The notes under the pieces: model-generated
The model's database searches: none
Seen by the model: only the letters and a program-made list of their open reading frames with translations
Told to the model about the DNA's origin: nothing
From: Candidatus Bathyarchaeia archaeon
GTDB taxonomy: Archaea > Thermoproteota > Bathyarchaeia > Bathyarchaeales > Bathycorpusculaceae
DNA: 64,000 bases
Assembly (NCBI GenBank): GCA_038883655.1
Contig: JAVZLQ010000001.1
Coordinates: 32,001-96,000, forward strand
Reading direction: 5' to 3'
Position numbers and translations under genes: made by a program
Shown here: positions 26,852-36,222 of the stretch, piece after piece
Layout: the number at the start of each line of letters is the position of its first letter
How positions within the stretch are numbered: position 1 is the stretch's first letter

Positions 26852-28816
26852 TTACATGCGCTCAAGCGCTGTTATTCCAATAAGGTTTAAGGCGTTTCTT
26901 AAGACTATTCGAATGGCATCAACCAGCGCCAGTCTTGCATCGCTAAGCCCTTGAGGTTCAGCCTTTATCACTGGCAAAGCATTGTAAAATGTGTTAAACT
27001 TGTCGGCTAAAGCATTCGCAAAATCTGCAATCATACTGGGCTTAAGAAGGTCTACTGCTTCCGCGAATGTTTCCGGGAAGCTTGCTAAATCCAAAACTAT
27101 CTCGCGTTCAATCTTTTCCTTCAGCAAATCATATGATGGATTTTCTGGCTTTTTTGCGGCTTTGCGCAGTATGCTGCAAGCCCTCGCGTGCGTGTACTGA
27201 AGATAAGGCGCGCTGTTCCTCTCGAAATTCAGCACCTTATCCCACGTGAACACCACAGGCTTTGAAGGATCAACACTTGCTAATGCGTAACGAACAGCGC
27301 CTATGCCAACGGAATTGGCAATCTCCCTCTTCTCCACTTCAGAGAGCTGAGGTGAACGCTTGGAAACCTCTGCGTAAGCCCTTTCAACAGCCTCGTCCAT
27401 AACCTCGTCAAATGTTATGTAACGCCCCCTACGACTTGCCATCCTATACCCTGGAAGAGAAACAAGGTTATAGGCGAAATGCACGAGGTTGTCTGCTTGT
27501 TTGCCATATCCCAAAGCGTAAAGCGCAATCTTTAATTGCAGTTGCGCTAGGCTTTGCTCCATGCCTATAACATTAATGCACTTTTCAGCCCTTTCAAACT
27601 TCCATAGGGTGTAAGCCATATCCCTCGTCGTGTACAACGTTGTTCCATCAGCGCGAACAAGAGTTAAAGGCGGAACTTCATAGTCTTCTCTTAATCCAAG
27701 TTTCTTTTTCAAGTTAAAGTCCCGGACAACCTTTTCCGCGTTGAACTCCAAGACCGCGCCAACTCTGTAAACGTATGGTGTTGCTTTCAGTCTTTGCAGG
27801 ACTTCGGATACTCTGTTGCTCCAGACGAAGTCGCTTTCCCAATCCCAAGAATCATAAGAAACGTCTGCGCGGCTTAAAGTTTCCTTGAAGCCTTGAAGGC
27901 ATAGCTCGCTGACTTCCCTTACGAGCTCTTTAGCCCACTTCTCTCCCACTTCATAAGCTTGATTAAGTGTTGCAACTTCGCTTTCTGGGTCTTTGTCCTC
28001 GCCTATTCTATCAAGAAGCTTTTCGAATAATTCTGGAAACTTTTCTTTAAGCTCCACGGCCACGGACATCCAATCGTCAAGTTCCCTATTTATCTTTGCA
28101 ATTTCATCCACTGCTGAAACAGCCTTTGCGCGCTCAAGCTCCCTTTTTAAACGGTTTATTTCGATTATGCAGCTGGTTATGGTATAGATTTTGCCGATGA
28201 AATGATCTGGCTTGCCCTCTGGTTTAGGCTTGCCCAACTTCTTATATCCATAGGCGATTACTGCGCTTTGCCTTCCAACATCATCGATATAGTAATGGCG
28301 GAAAACAGCGTGTCCCCTAGCCTTCAGAATCCGTGCAATGGCATCGCCAAGCATCGGGTTTCTGGCTTGTCCAATATGTATCGGGTGAAGCGGATTCACG
28401 CTTGTGTGCTCAACAATAATCTTCAATGGTCTTTCAGCCTTAACAAAGCCATAATCAGCGTCAAACTGCCTAGCCGATTCAATAGTTAAACTTGAAAGTT
28501 TCGCAAAATTCACGTGAAAGTTTATGTAGCCTCCGCCCGCTTGGGAAACGTGGTCTACAAGAGAAAACCGCGTCTTATCCATAGCCTCAATTAAACATTC
28601 AGCTAATTCGACTGGTTTCACGCCGATTTTCTTTGCAAGTTCAAAACAAAGCGATGATGCTAGCTGTCCGAACTCTATGTTTGGCGGCTTTTCCAACGTT
28701 AAAACTGGCTTTTCAACCTCGGGAAAACGTTTCTTTAAGGCTTCTTCTAAAATCTCTTTGCATTCCGTGCGGAAATCTGCGAATGGGCTTTCCGAAATCA
28801 TTGATGCTTTCTCCAT
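26852..28816 (-). CDS. argS: Arginine--tRNA ligase
   Basis: EHTSVNPLHPIHIGQARN, YTTRD, MASRRG and YLQYTHAR motifs. Confidence 0.96.
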   Translation of the reverse strand: MEKASMISESPFADFRTECKEILEEALKKRFPEVEKPVLTLEKPPNIEFGQLASSLCFELAKKIGVKPVELAECLIEAMDKTRFSLVDHVSQAGGGYINFHVNFAKLSSLTIESARQFDADYGFVKAERPLKIIVEHTSVNPLHPIHIGQARNPMLGDAIARILKARGHAVFRHYYIDDVGRQSAVIAYGYKKLGKPKPEGKPDHFIGKIYTITSCIIEINRLKRELERAKAVSAVDEIAKINRELDDWMSVAVELKEKFPELFEKLLDRIGEDKDPESEVATLNQAYEVGEKWAKELVREVSELCLQGFKETLSRADVSYDSWDWESDFVWSNRVSEVLQRLKATPYVYRVGAVLEFNAEKVVRDFNLKKKLGLREDYEVPPLTLVRADGTTLYTTRDMAYTLWKFERAEKCINVIGMEQSLAQLQLKIALYALGYGKQADNLVHFAYNLVSLPGYRMASRRGRYITFDEVMDEAVERAYAEVSKRSPQLSEVEKREIANSVGIGAVRYALASVDPSKPVVFTWDKVLNFERNSAPYLQYTHARACSILRKAAKKPENPSYDLLKEKIEREIVLDLASFPETFAEAVDLLKPSMIADFANALADKFNTFYNALPVIKAEPQGLSDARLALVDAIRIVLRNALNLIGITALERM

Positions 28817-28896
28817 TTGTTATAGAGCTTTTCTTAAACCTTTTAGGGTTGAAGTTATATTTTAATTTGCAACAGCACAACAAAATAGGCGAGTAA

Positions 28897-29739
28897 ATGG
28901 AAACAAAAATAATCTTTTCAGAGAAGTGCTTGGGCTACGGGTCTTGGCACATCGAAAGTCCAGAAAGGGTTAGAAAAGCCTACGAAATCCTAAAAGCAAA
29001 AGGCTACAAGTTCCTTGAGCCAGAGCCAGCATCCGAAGAGGACATACTTAAAGTTCATGATATCGAATATGTCTGGAACTTGAAAAAGGGTTTCATCGAA
29101 GACGTGGACACACCAGCCTACGAAAACATCTATGAATATGCAAGACTAGCGGCTGGCGGAGCCATGCTGGCAGCAAAAGTAAATGGATTTTCGCTTATGA
29201 GACCGCCTGGGCATCATGCTGGAAAGAGCGGAAGGGCGTTAGGCGCCTACACAAGGGGATTCTGCTACCTAAACAACATAGCCATAGCGGTCAAGTACCT
29301 GGACAAGCCGACTTTGATCCTAGATATTGATGGGCATCATGGAAATGGGACGCAAGAAATCTTCATGGGAGACGAAAGTGTTGTGTACATCTCCTTGCAT
29401 AGATATCCGCATTATCCCGGCACTGGAAGTTTTTCCGAGGGTAACTGCCTAAACTTTCCTTTGCAAGCTGATTGCGGAGAAAAGGTTTATTTGGAAACTT
29501 TGGCTGGAGCCATCAGAAAAGTTGATGCGAGCAAGTTTGAGGTGGTTGCGGTTTCGGCTGGGTTTGACACTTACGCTGGAGACCTTGCTTCGCTCGGCTT
29601 AACCGAAAAGGCTTACAGAGAAATCGGCAAACTGATTAAATCTTTAATGAAGCCTACGTTCTTTGTTTTGGAAGGCGGCTATAACGGCGAAATCATTGGA
29701 AAAGCCATTCACGAACTTCTAATGGGATTTCAAAGTTAA
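28897..29739 (+). CDS. Histone deacetylase-family amidohydrolase (short)
   Basis: RPPGHHAG, GFCYLNN, DIDGHHGNGTQ, SAGFD and LEGGY motifs. Confidence 0.92.
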   Translation: METKIIFSEKCLGYGSWHIESPERVRKAYEILKAKGYKFLEPEPASEEDILKVHDIEYVWNLKKGFIEDVDTPAYENIYEYARLAAGGAMLAAKVNGFSLMRPPGHHAGKSGRALGAYTRGFCYLNNIAIAVKYLDKPTLILDIDGHHGNGTQEIFMGDESVVYISLHRYPHYPGTGSFSEGNCLNFPLQADCGEKVYLETLAGAIRKVDASKFEVVAVSAGFDTYAGDLASLGLTEKAYREIGKLIKSLMKPTFFVLEGGYNGEIIGKAIHELLMGFQS

Positions 29740-29745
29740 ACTGTT

Positions 29746-30522
29746 TTATACCCATTTTTCCAGAAGCATATTTTCTCCAAAAAATTCCAGAATTCTCCTC
29801 GGACTAAAGACCGTGATTGCGGCATTTGAAAGTTCTCTGCCAATTTTTGGAATCAGCCCAGCAGCATCCGTTCCAAGCTTACACACCATAGCGTTTTCAA
29901 AAAGCCCCAAGGATTCAACATCCACCACGTCTCGTAAGCATCGCTTAACCCTCAAAACGGACATCACTTTTTCGCGTGTTGCCCCAAGAACTATTAGCCT
30001 GTCAAGAAGCGATTTCATCCAACCCTTATAAATCCTTAGTTGAGCCTCCGAAAACGTTGTTTCCACGATGCCTTCTTCTTTGTTCATGTTTAGGGCTTTA
30101 ACTGTTAATGGTATGTTCTCGCGAAAACCATACAATTCAGCCAATTTCGCAAGCGCCAGTTTTCTTCCATCAGCCAACTGCGCTTGCAGATGCTGAAGTG
30201 TTAGTTCTGCTTCCACCTTTTGTGGAGAAGAAACTCCTATGTCAATTATTATTTGGTCTTTGTTTATTGCCGTTATATACCCTTTCAGCGTCGAAAACTT
30301 TCTGATTTCTTCAATGGTGTTTGGGCATAAGCCAACTTCCTCACTTATGTAGCGTAACGCTATTTTTTCATCTTCGCCAGAGATAGATACCTGAACCCAG
30401 TTATTCAGTGTTCCACAAACTTGGGTTTTAACCTTTAACCCCTTGAGTTTTAGTTTTAGGAATGCTTCGACAACTTCAAGTTGATTCTCGTTGTAGGTTT
30501 TTATGGCTAGGGTTGTGTGCAC
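29746..30522 (-). CDS. DUF2110-like archaeal protein
   Basis: Position in the tfe-HD cluster; C-terminal LGLFE..VCKLGTDAAGLIPKIG pattern. Confidence 0.7.
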   Translation of the reverse strand: MHTTLAIKTYNENQLEVVEAFLKLKLKGLKVKTQVCGTLNNWVQVSISGEDEKIALRYISEEVGLCPNTIEEIRKFSTLKGYITAINKDQIIIDIGVSSPQKVEAELTLQHLQAQLADGRKLALAKLAELYGFRENIPLTVKALNMNKEEGIVETTFSEAQLRIYKGWMKSLLDRLIVLGATREKVMSVLRVKRCLRDVVDVESLGLFENAMVCKLGTDAAGLIPKIGRELSNAAITVFSPRRILEFFGENMLLEKWV

Positions 30523-31052
30523 TTGCAGTCGCCTATTAAACGCATCATTTCTTCATGCAACTTCAGTACGCGCATAACCGCCGCTTTAGGCAACTTTTTT
30601 GAAAAACTCTCTATGGCCTTTTCTATGGGCACTCTTTGGGCTCCCTCAATTAATTTGTCGCTGTAGGCAACAATTTTTTCTTCAAGGGTTTTTGGAACGT
30701 AAATGTCCTTTGGCCATCCCAGTTTTTTCGCTTCTTTCGGCGTTATTCCACCGCCCACGTGTCTCTTAATTATCGCTAATATTGGTTCTGGTAAAGACAT
30801 TGCCTTTGCGATTTCTGCACCTATGACTGCGTGGTGGACGCTGTGGGTTTTTGCCCTTCCAATGTCATGAAGCAAAGCGCCGATTTCAACAAGTTGAAGG
30901 TCGACTTCCAACCCTCTTTCTTTGCATGTTTTTGCGATTTCCAAGGCTAGTTCAGCCACGGCTTCACAATGTTTTATAACATTTTTTGAGCATCCAGCTT
31001 GTATGAGAAGTTGTGTTGCCTCTTCCCTTGAAGGGAGCTTTTCACTCACCAA
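30507..31052 (-). CDS. HDIG-domain metal-dependent phosphohydrolase (TIGR00295-like)
   Basis: LLHDIGR, HAVIGAE, RHVGGG and EEKIVAYSD motifs. Confidence 0.88.
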   Translation of the reverse strand: MVSEKLPSREEATQLLIQAGCSKNVIKHCEAVAELALEIAKTCKERGLEVDLQLVEIGALLHDIGRAKTHSVHHAVIGAEIAKAMSLPEPILAIIKRHVGGGITPKEAKKLGWPKDIYVPKTLEEKIVAYSDKLIEGAQRVPIEKAIESFSKKLPKAAVMRVLKLHEEMMRLIGDCKCTQP

Positions 31053-31560
31053 GCTCCTTCCTTAACTGCTCAACTTTCCTCGTTAAGGCGTTAACTATCT
31101 TATCGTTGTCATAATACATCAGCGGTTTTCCACATGTTGGACAGCGGAAAACAAGCTCAACAGCCTCTTCGAACGGTATCCTTCTACAACCCACTGTTGA
31201 ACAATAGTAGAAGTCATGGTTTTTCTCGTACTCCAGCCTTATGTTCAATTTTTCCAACACGCGGCGTTTTTGACTTAGTATGAAGCCTTCAAGTTGATTT
31301 GGTTGGAGTTTCCAGTGGAATATGAACCATCCAGTTTTCGGGTCGCGTGTTCTTCTTAGGCTTACAAGTGAATGGTCATAAAGCTTGTAGAGTATTTTGC
31401 GCACCGTGTTTAGTCTTATTCCCGTTTTGTTGGCTATTTCGTCGTCTGTTATTTCATCACAGTCCTTTAATATTTCGATTAGTTTCACCGCTTCTTCTTC
31501 GCCCAGCGCTTGTGCAACTTTCATTAGTGTGGCATCGTTTATTGCTGACGTAATAATCAC
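31042..31560 (-). CDS. tfe: Transcription factor E (TFE alpha)
   Basis: TDDEIA...VRKILYKL winged helix, GWFIFHW, zinc ribbon FRCPTCG; start uncertain (GTG 31560 or ACG 31551). Confidence 0.93.
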   Translation of the reverse strand: MIITSAINDATLMKVAQALGEEEAVKLIEILKDCDEITDDEIANKTGIRLNTVRKILYKLYDHSLVSLRRTRDPKTGWFIFHWKLQPNQLEGFILSQKRRVLEKLNIRLEYEKNHDFYYCSTVGCRRIPFEEAVELVFRCPTCGKPLMYYDNDKIVNALTRKVEQLRKELGE

Positions 31561-31629
31561 TCCCGCTTAATTGTTGAACAGTTGCCTCTCTTCTAACAAT
31601 AATATTGTGAGGCTTTAATTTAAATTTCT

Positions 31630-32196
31630 TTACTGATCAGAGTCAGATTTTATGTTGCCCTTCACAACTCTTTTCCCGCGTTTCTGAGGAATTATCCGTA
31701 TCTTAGCGTCTTCAAAATTTTTAGCCAAGGCTTTACCTTCAAGCAGTCTGTCGAGGAAGACGGCTAGGCTGGCGCATTCAGAGTGCGGTTGACTCCCGAT
31801 GGCAACGTTGAAATCTGAAACTTTTTCGGAAAAGAATTCCCTTGGAACCTTTTGACTTCCAACGATTATCAAGATATCTTTTCCAGAGTTTTTGATCCGT
31901 TGCAGCACGTCGCTTGTTTGGATGTTTTCGCCGTAGGCTGTCAAGTGCACGACTATTCCGCCTTTAGCCCTCCATTCTTCAACAGCTTTTCGCCACGGAT
32001 TTCCCATTTCAAAGTGGAATGGTCCACCCCAGTTTTCCACAATTTTTTTAACTGTTCTGGCGATTTTTTGGTCTTTTATGTCTGCTAGTATGAAGCCGTC
32101 GGCGCCTAGTGCTCGGGCTGTTAGCGCCACGTGGGTTGTTAGTCTTGCGTCTCTTCGTGGCCTATGTCCCCATCTTAAAACAAAAATTTTTGGCAT
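31630..32196 (-). CDS. trm56: tRNA (cytidine56-2'-O)-methyltransferase
   Basis: LRWGHRPRRDARLTTHVALTARA, VHLTAYG, VGSQKVP and QPHSE motifs. Confidence 0.95.
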   Translation of the reverse strand: MPKIFVLRWGHRPRRDARLTTHVALTARALGADGFILADIKDQKIARTVKKIVENWGGPFHFEMGNPWRKAVEEWRAKGGIVVHLTAYGENIQTSDVLQRIKNSGKDILIIVGSQKVPREFFSEKVSDFNVAIGSQPHSECASLAVFLDRLLEGKALAKNFEDAKIRIIPQKRGKRVVKGNIKSDSDQ

Positions 32197-33464
32197 TGCA
32201 TCTTCACTGGTGGATTTCGATTTTTCCATAAGTTTTCCACGTGATTTTTAACTTTTTCTGCGAAGCTTGGGTTCGCCTCAAAAATTATGTTAGCTGAGTC
32301 GCCCCTATATTCTACGTGTTGCACATCTGCCCTTTGGAAAAGCCATGATATGAACTGCATTGTCTCGTTTGTTAATGGTATTGTGAACGACATTTTAACA
32401 TAGTTCTGCAATTGCTTGCTAATAGCTTCTTTCAACAGTTCAATGTTTGTTCCACGCAGTGCCGATGTTGGTATAGGATTTGGCGCCTCATCCTTTATCG
32501 CCTCCAGCCTCAAGCTAATTTCTTCTTCTCGTAGAAGGTCTATTTTGTTCAAGGCAGTGATTATGGGGATTCCTGACGCTCCTATACGTTCTATTGTTTC
32601 TAGGCACACGTTAAGCTTCTTTTCAACAGTGCTTACCGGCTCGCTTACATCAACGACGAGCAGTATTAAGTCTGCATAAATGGTTTCTTCAAGGGTTGAG
32701 TGGAAAGCCTCGATAAGCGTCAGTGGCAAGCGGTCTATAAAACCAACAGTGTCCGTTAACAAGAATTTTTTTCTCGCGATTTTCACGAGCCGCGTTGTTG
32801 TGGAGAGCGTCGTAAAGAGCGTGGTATCAACCGGCACCTCCTCTTCCGTTAGGGCATTGAAAAGTGAGCTTTTTCCAGCGTTTGTGTATCCAGCCAAAGA
32901 AATTGACGAAAAGCCAAGTTCTGCCCTTCTTTCACGGTGCAACTGCCTCTTCCCACGAATCTTCTTAAGCTTCCGCCTTATAGCGTGAACTTGTCTTTTA
33001 ACAGCTTCGTAGTAAACGTCAACTTCGTAGGCTCCAAGCCCCATGAAGCCTGGTTGCTCTCCCATCTTTGCGAGTCGCACCCTCTCTTTTGCATGTGCGA
33101 GTTCGTATTGGAGTTTTGCCAGTTGAATTTGTAGTTTTGCTTCTGTTGTTGTAGCTCTTCTCGTGAAAATTTCGAGTATTAGTTGAAACCTATCTATAGC
33201 TTCGACGCCAGTGGACTTTGCAAGGTTGTATGCTTGCACTGGTTTTAGTGGATTATCAAAAATTATTTTTTGGGCGCCAGTTTCTTTTACGAGTTCGGCG
33301 AGCTCCTTAACTTTTCCAGCGCCTATTTGATAACGTGAGTCTGGTTCCCTAATTTGCTCGATCTTGCCGACTACGGTGTATCCTGCTGACTCTGCTAGGC
33401 TTTTGAGTTCTTCTAGGCTTGATGGTTCCGTGGGGCGTCTGCGTTGAACTATGATTGCTTTCGT
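32175..33464 (-). CDS. hflX: GTPase HflX
   Basis: GYTNAGKS, LFTTL, DTVGFI and NKID motifs; frame extends upstream of the called GTG through ELKSLAESAGY...IGAGK...IIFDN to ACG 33464. Confidence 0.93.
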   Translation of the reverse strand, partial: TKAIIVQRRRPTEPSSLEELKSLAESAGYTVVGKIEQIREPDSRYQIGAGKVKELAELVKETGAQKIIFDNPLKPVQAYNLAKSTGVEAIDRFQLILEIFTRRATTTEAKLQIQLAKLQYELAHAKERVRLAKMGEQPGFMGLGAYEVDVYYEAVKRQVHAIRRKLKKIRGKRQLHRERRAELGFSSISLAGYTNAGKSSLFNALTEEEVPVDTTLFTTLSTTTRLVKIARKKFLLTDTVGFIDRLPLTLIEAFHSTLEETIYADLILLVVDVSEPVSTVEKKLNVCLETIERIGASGIPIITALNKIDLLREEEISLRLEAIKDEAPNPIPTSALRGTNIELLKEAISKQLQNYVKMSFTIPLTNETMQFISWLFQRADVQHVEYRGDSANIIFEANPSFAEKVKNHVENLWKNRNPPVKMQCQKFLF

Positions 33465-34006
33465 TCGGCGGTTTCCCCCTTTTCCGAGCTTTTCTCTTTT
33501 TTCCCAAGTTGGATAATGTCGCCCAATGTTAGTTCACGCTTTTCCAGTTTCGGAATTTTTGCTTGAGAAGCAGTTTCTTCAGCGACCGGAACAAGCAACC
33601 TAATTTTCAACTCGTGTTCCAACTTCCTTGCGAGAATGTCGTCCGGCGTCATCTTGCCCGTTTCAATTTTCCTCAAGACAGAAACTTTCTCGTTTAATCT
33701 TTTGCCCAAATCCTCGTGGGACAACCCAAGTTTTTCTCTCGCCTGCTTAATTTTCACGTTAAAATCTTCGATAAGCTCGAATGAGGCTAACTTTATTTCT
33801 TGGTGCCTCTTTTGTTGCTGTAGCCTTGGCGTTAGGGGTGTTTTAGGCTTTGTTAGTATGGGTATTTGCATGGGCGTTTTCGGTTTTTCTTCCAAAATTG
33901 GCTTTCCATGTTTTGCGCATTCGTTGCACACTGTCAGTTTTGCTCCTTCGATCATGACGTTGCATGGTTTGCCGTAGATTTTGCGTCCGCAGACTTCGCA
34001 CCGCAC
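33449..34006 (-). CDS. mbf1: Archaeal multiprotein bridging factor 1
   Basis: CEVCG...CNEC Zn ribbon, AREKLGLSHEDL HTH and TLGD motif. Confidence 0.93.
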   Translation of the reverse strand: MRCEVCGRKIYGKPCNVMIEGAKLTVCNECAKHGKPILEEKPKTPMQIPILTKPKTPLTPRLQQQKRHQEIKLASFELIEDFNVKIKQAREKLGLSHEDLGKRLNEKVSVLRKIETGKMTPDDILARKLEHELKIRLLVPVAEETASQAKIPKLEKRELTLGDIIQLGKKEKSSEKGETAERKQS

Positions 34007-34088
34007 GCGTTCACACACCTACTGTTTTTATTTTACTGCTAGTGTTTATAGTTGTCGAATTGTAATGGCGGTTTGGGGTGCATAAACC

Positions 34089-34562
34089 TTGGAAGAAGAA
34101 GACCTTAAAAGGATTAGAAGCGTGGCAGACTACCAGTTTGGAAAGGGTGTGGGCGCAAAACTTTTTCCAGAAAACGTGGAAATCGCCTATTCCAAGCGCA
34201 CTGGCAGAATCCGTTACGTCTACTTAGAGGGCAAAAGGCTTGCAACCCTACGCCCAATTGATGGACTGTTTTCCTTAAGTATTACTGGCGCAAAAAGGAT
34301 TGTCAAAAGCAATTGTCAAGCAAGATGCATGGTTGTTGTTCGCGATGATGTTGCAAAGTTTGTTGCTGAGGGCGGAGACGTTTTTGCCGCGCATGTTGTT
34401 GAGGCTGATGACGCCATCCGCCCAAAAGACGAAGTTATCGTTGTTGATAAGCATGGAAATGTTTTGGCTGTTGGTAAAGCGGTATTATCTGGTGTGGAAA
34501 TGTGTGCCTTCAAGTGCGGCGTGGCTGTCAAGGTTAGGCGTGGATGCTTGGAAGAAAGTTAA
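34089..34562 (+). CDS. PUA-domain protein resembling the C-terminal part of archaeosine tRNA-guanine transglycosylase
   Basis: IRSVADYQFG...SKRTGRIR...DVFAAHV...AVKVRRG. Confidence 0.8.
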   Translation: MEEEDLKRIRSVADYQFGKGVGAKLFPENVEIAYSKRTGRIRYVYLEGKRLATLRPIDGLFSLSITGAKRIVKSNCQARCMVVVRDDVAKFVAEGGDVFAAHVVEADDAIRPKDEVIVVDKHGNVLAVGKAVLSGVEMCAFKCGVAVKVRRGCLEES

Positions 34563-34611
34563 GTATTTGAACGCCTTATCAAATAGTAAAGTGTGGTGGA
34601 GAGAAAAGGTT

Positions 34612-34962
34612 ATGCATAGGCGCATAAGTCCCAGAGAAGCGAGGCGCATGATGCAACGCATGGGCTTAAGCATGGACGCAATCCCAGACGTTGAACAAGT
34701 AATAATCAAAACAAGCGACAAAGAAATAACAATTCAAGAACCAGAAGTAGCCATACTTGACATGCAAGGACAAAAAATTTTCCAGATAACCGGCGGAAAA
34801 GTAACAGAAAAGGCGCTTGAACGTAAATTGACGATTCCAGACGAGGACGTGCGATTAGTGGCAGACCAGACTGGAAAAAGCCTTGAAGAAGCAAGAAAAG
34901 CCCTTGAAGAGTGCGGAGGCGATCTGGCGAAGGCAATTCTCCTACTTCAATCAAAAATCTAA
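34612..34962 (+). CDS. nac: Nascent polypeptide-associated complex protein
   Basis: RRMMQRMGL...VEQVII...FQITG and C-terminal UBA-like EDVRLVADQTG...GDLAKAIL; ATG 34612. Confidence 0.93.
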   Translation: MHRRISPREARRMMQRMGLSMDAIPDVEQVIIKTSDKEITIQEPEVAILDMQGQKIFQITGGKVTEKALERKLTIPDEDVRLVADQTGKSLEEARKALEECGGDLAKAILLLQSKI

Positions 34963-35045
34963 CCCTTCTTGCACGCATTCACAAATTAAAGTTATATTTT
35001 TCGTCTTATTCGTATATTAGTTCATTTGGGGGCAATCCGCTAGCG

Positions 35046-35969
35046 TTGACTGACATAGCAGCAGTTGGACATTTCTCAATAGATTCCATTCTTCTTCCAT
35101 CAAGCCAAAGGCCACACGTCGTTCTTGGCGGTTCGGTGGCTTACGTGGCGCTTTCAGCCCAACGCTTAGGCGCAAACGTTTCCGTCATATCTAAGGTTGG
35201 CAGCGACTTTCCAGAAGCCTACATGTGGTGGCTTGGACAAGAGGGCATAAACCTTTCTGGCATATTAAAAATTGAAGACGCCCTTACCACACGTTTTGAA
35301 TTGAAGTACAGCCCAGACCTATTAAGTAGGAGTCTGCGCCTTGCAACCAAAGCCCCACCAATAACCATTGACGATATACCAAACTCCTTAAAGGCAAAGG
35401 CAATCCACATAGCGCCAATAGCGGATGAAATCAAAAACGAAGTTGTAGAGAAACTCAAGGCACATGCAGATTGCGTATCTCTAGACCCTCAAGGTTTTCT
35501 GCGAACCTTCGACGAAAACGGAAATGTAACTTATCGCGAATTGCCAAACAAGCAAATTCTCGAACACGTTAACATTTACAAGTCTTCTTCTGAAGAAATC
35601 ATGCATGCAACAAGCTTAAAGAATATTAGCGCGGCTGTAAGAGCGATTCACGACTTCGGCGTGGGAATAGTCATAGTCACTTTGGGCATAAAGGGCGCTT
35701 TGCTATCGGTTGAAGGAGCAGTCTACAACATTCCAGCATATAAAGCAGCAAGGGTTGTTGACCCAACTGGTGCTGGAGATGTTTTCATAGGCGCCTTCCT
35801 TGCCGAGTACATTAAAGGTAAAGAAGCCTTATGGTGTGCTTGTGTGGGCTCCGGGGCGGCTTCGGTTGCTGTTGAAGCTGTTGGCCCAACTTTTGCTGAC
35901 TGCAGAACCGAAATTTATAGAAGGGCACATTTGCTCTGTGAAAAAGAAATTAAGAATGAACTGCATTAG
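35046..35969 (+). CDS. PfkB-family carbohydrate/nucleoside kinase
   Basis: LGGS, DPQG, VTLG and DPTGAGDVF motifs; TTG 35046. Confidence 0.9.
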   Translation: MTDIAAVGHFSIDSILLPSSQRPHVVLGGSVAYVALSAQRLGANVSVISKVGSDFPEAYMWWLGQEGINLSGILKIEDALTTRFELKYSPDLLSRSLRLATKAPPITIDDIPNSLKAKAIHIAPIADEIKNEVVEKLKAHADCVSLDPQGFLRTFDENGNVTYRELPNKQILEHVNIYKSSSEEIMHATSLKNISAAVRAIHDFGVGIVIVTLGIKGALLSVEGAVYNIPAYKAARVVDPTGAGDVFIGAFLAEYIKGKEALWCACVGSGAASVAVEAVGPTFADCRTEIYRRAHLLCEKEIKNELH

Positions 35970-35988
35970 TATTTCAGAAAAGGAGACA

Positions 35989-36204
35989 TTGACTTTGGGT
36001 CGCATCGATAAAGGCGCAAAATGCAACGTTTCTGGATGCGGTAAGGAAGCAGTTCGATCGCTTTCCCTAGACAAGGTAAGGTCTTCTGGTTTAAGTGTAA
36101 ATGTGGAGGGCAGACGCGCTTATCTTTGTAAGGGGCATTATAAGGAGTATAAGAAGCGTACAAAGAAGGAGAAGCAGCTTGAAAAGTGGCGGCATATGGG
36201 CTAG
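35989..36204 (+). CDS. Small basic Zn-binding hypothetical protein
   Basis: SD AGGAG then TTG; CxxxGC...LCxxHY and Lys-rich tail. Confidence 0.65.
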   Translation: MTLGRIDKGAKCNVSGCGKEAVRSLSLDKVRSSGLSVNVEGRRAYLCKGHYKEYKKRTKKEKQLEKWRHMG

Positions 36205-36222
36205 GGAAGGGTGATTATTAAA

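Noticed and set aside
34300-34611. Long N-terminal extension of the NAC ORF; similar extensions for pfkB (34911) and the 35800 ORF
   Set aside because: The extensions overlap upstream genes; downstream starts match the expected family N-termini
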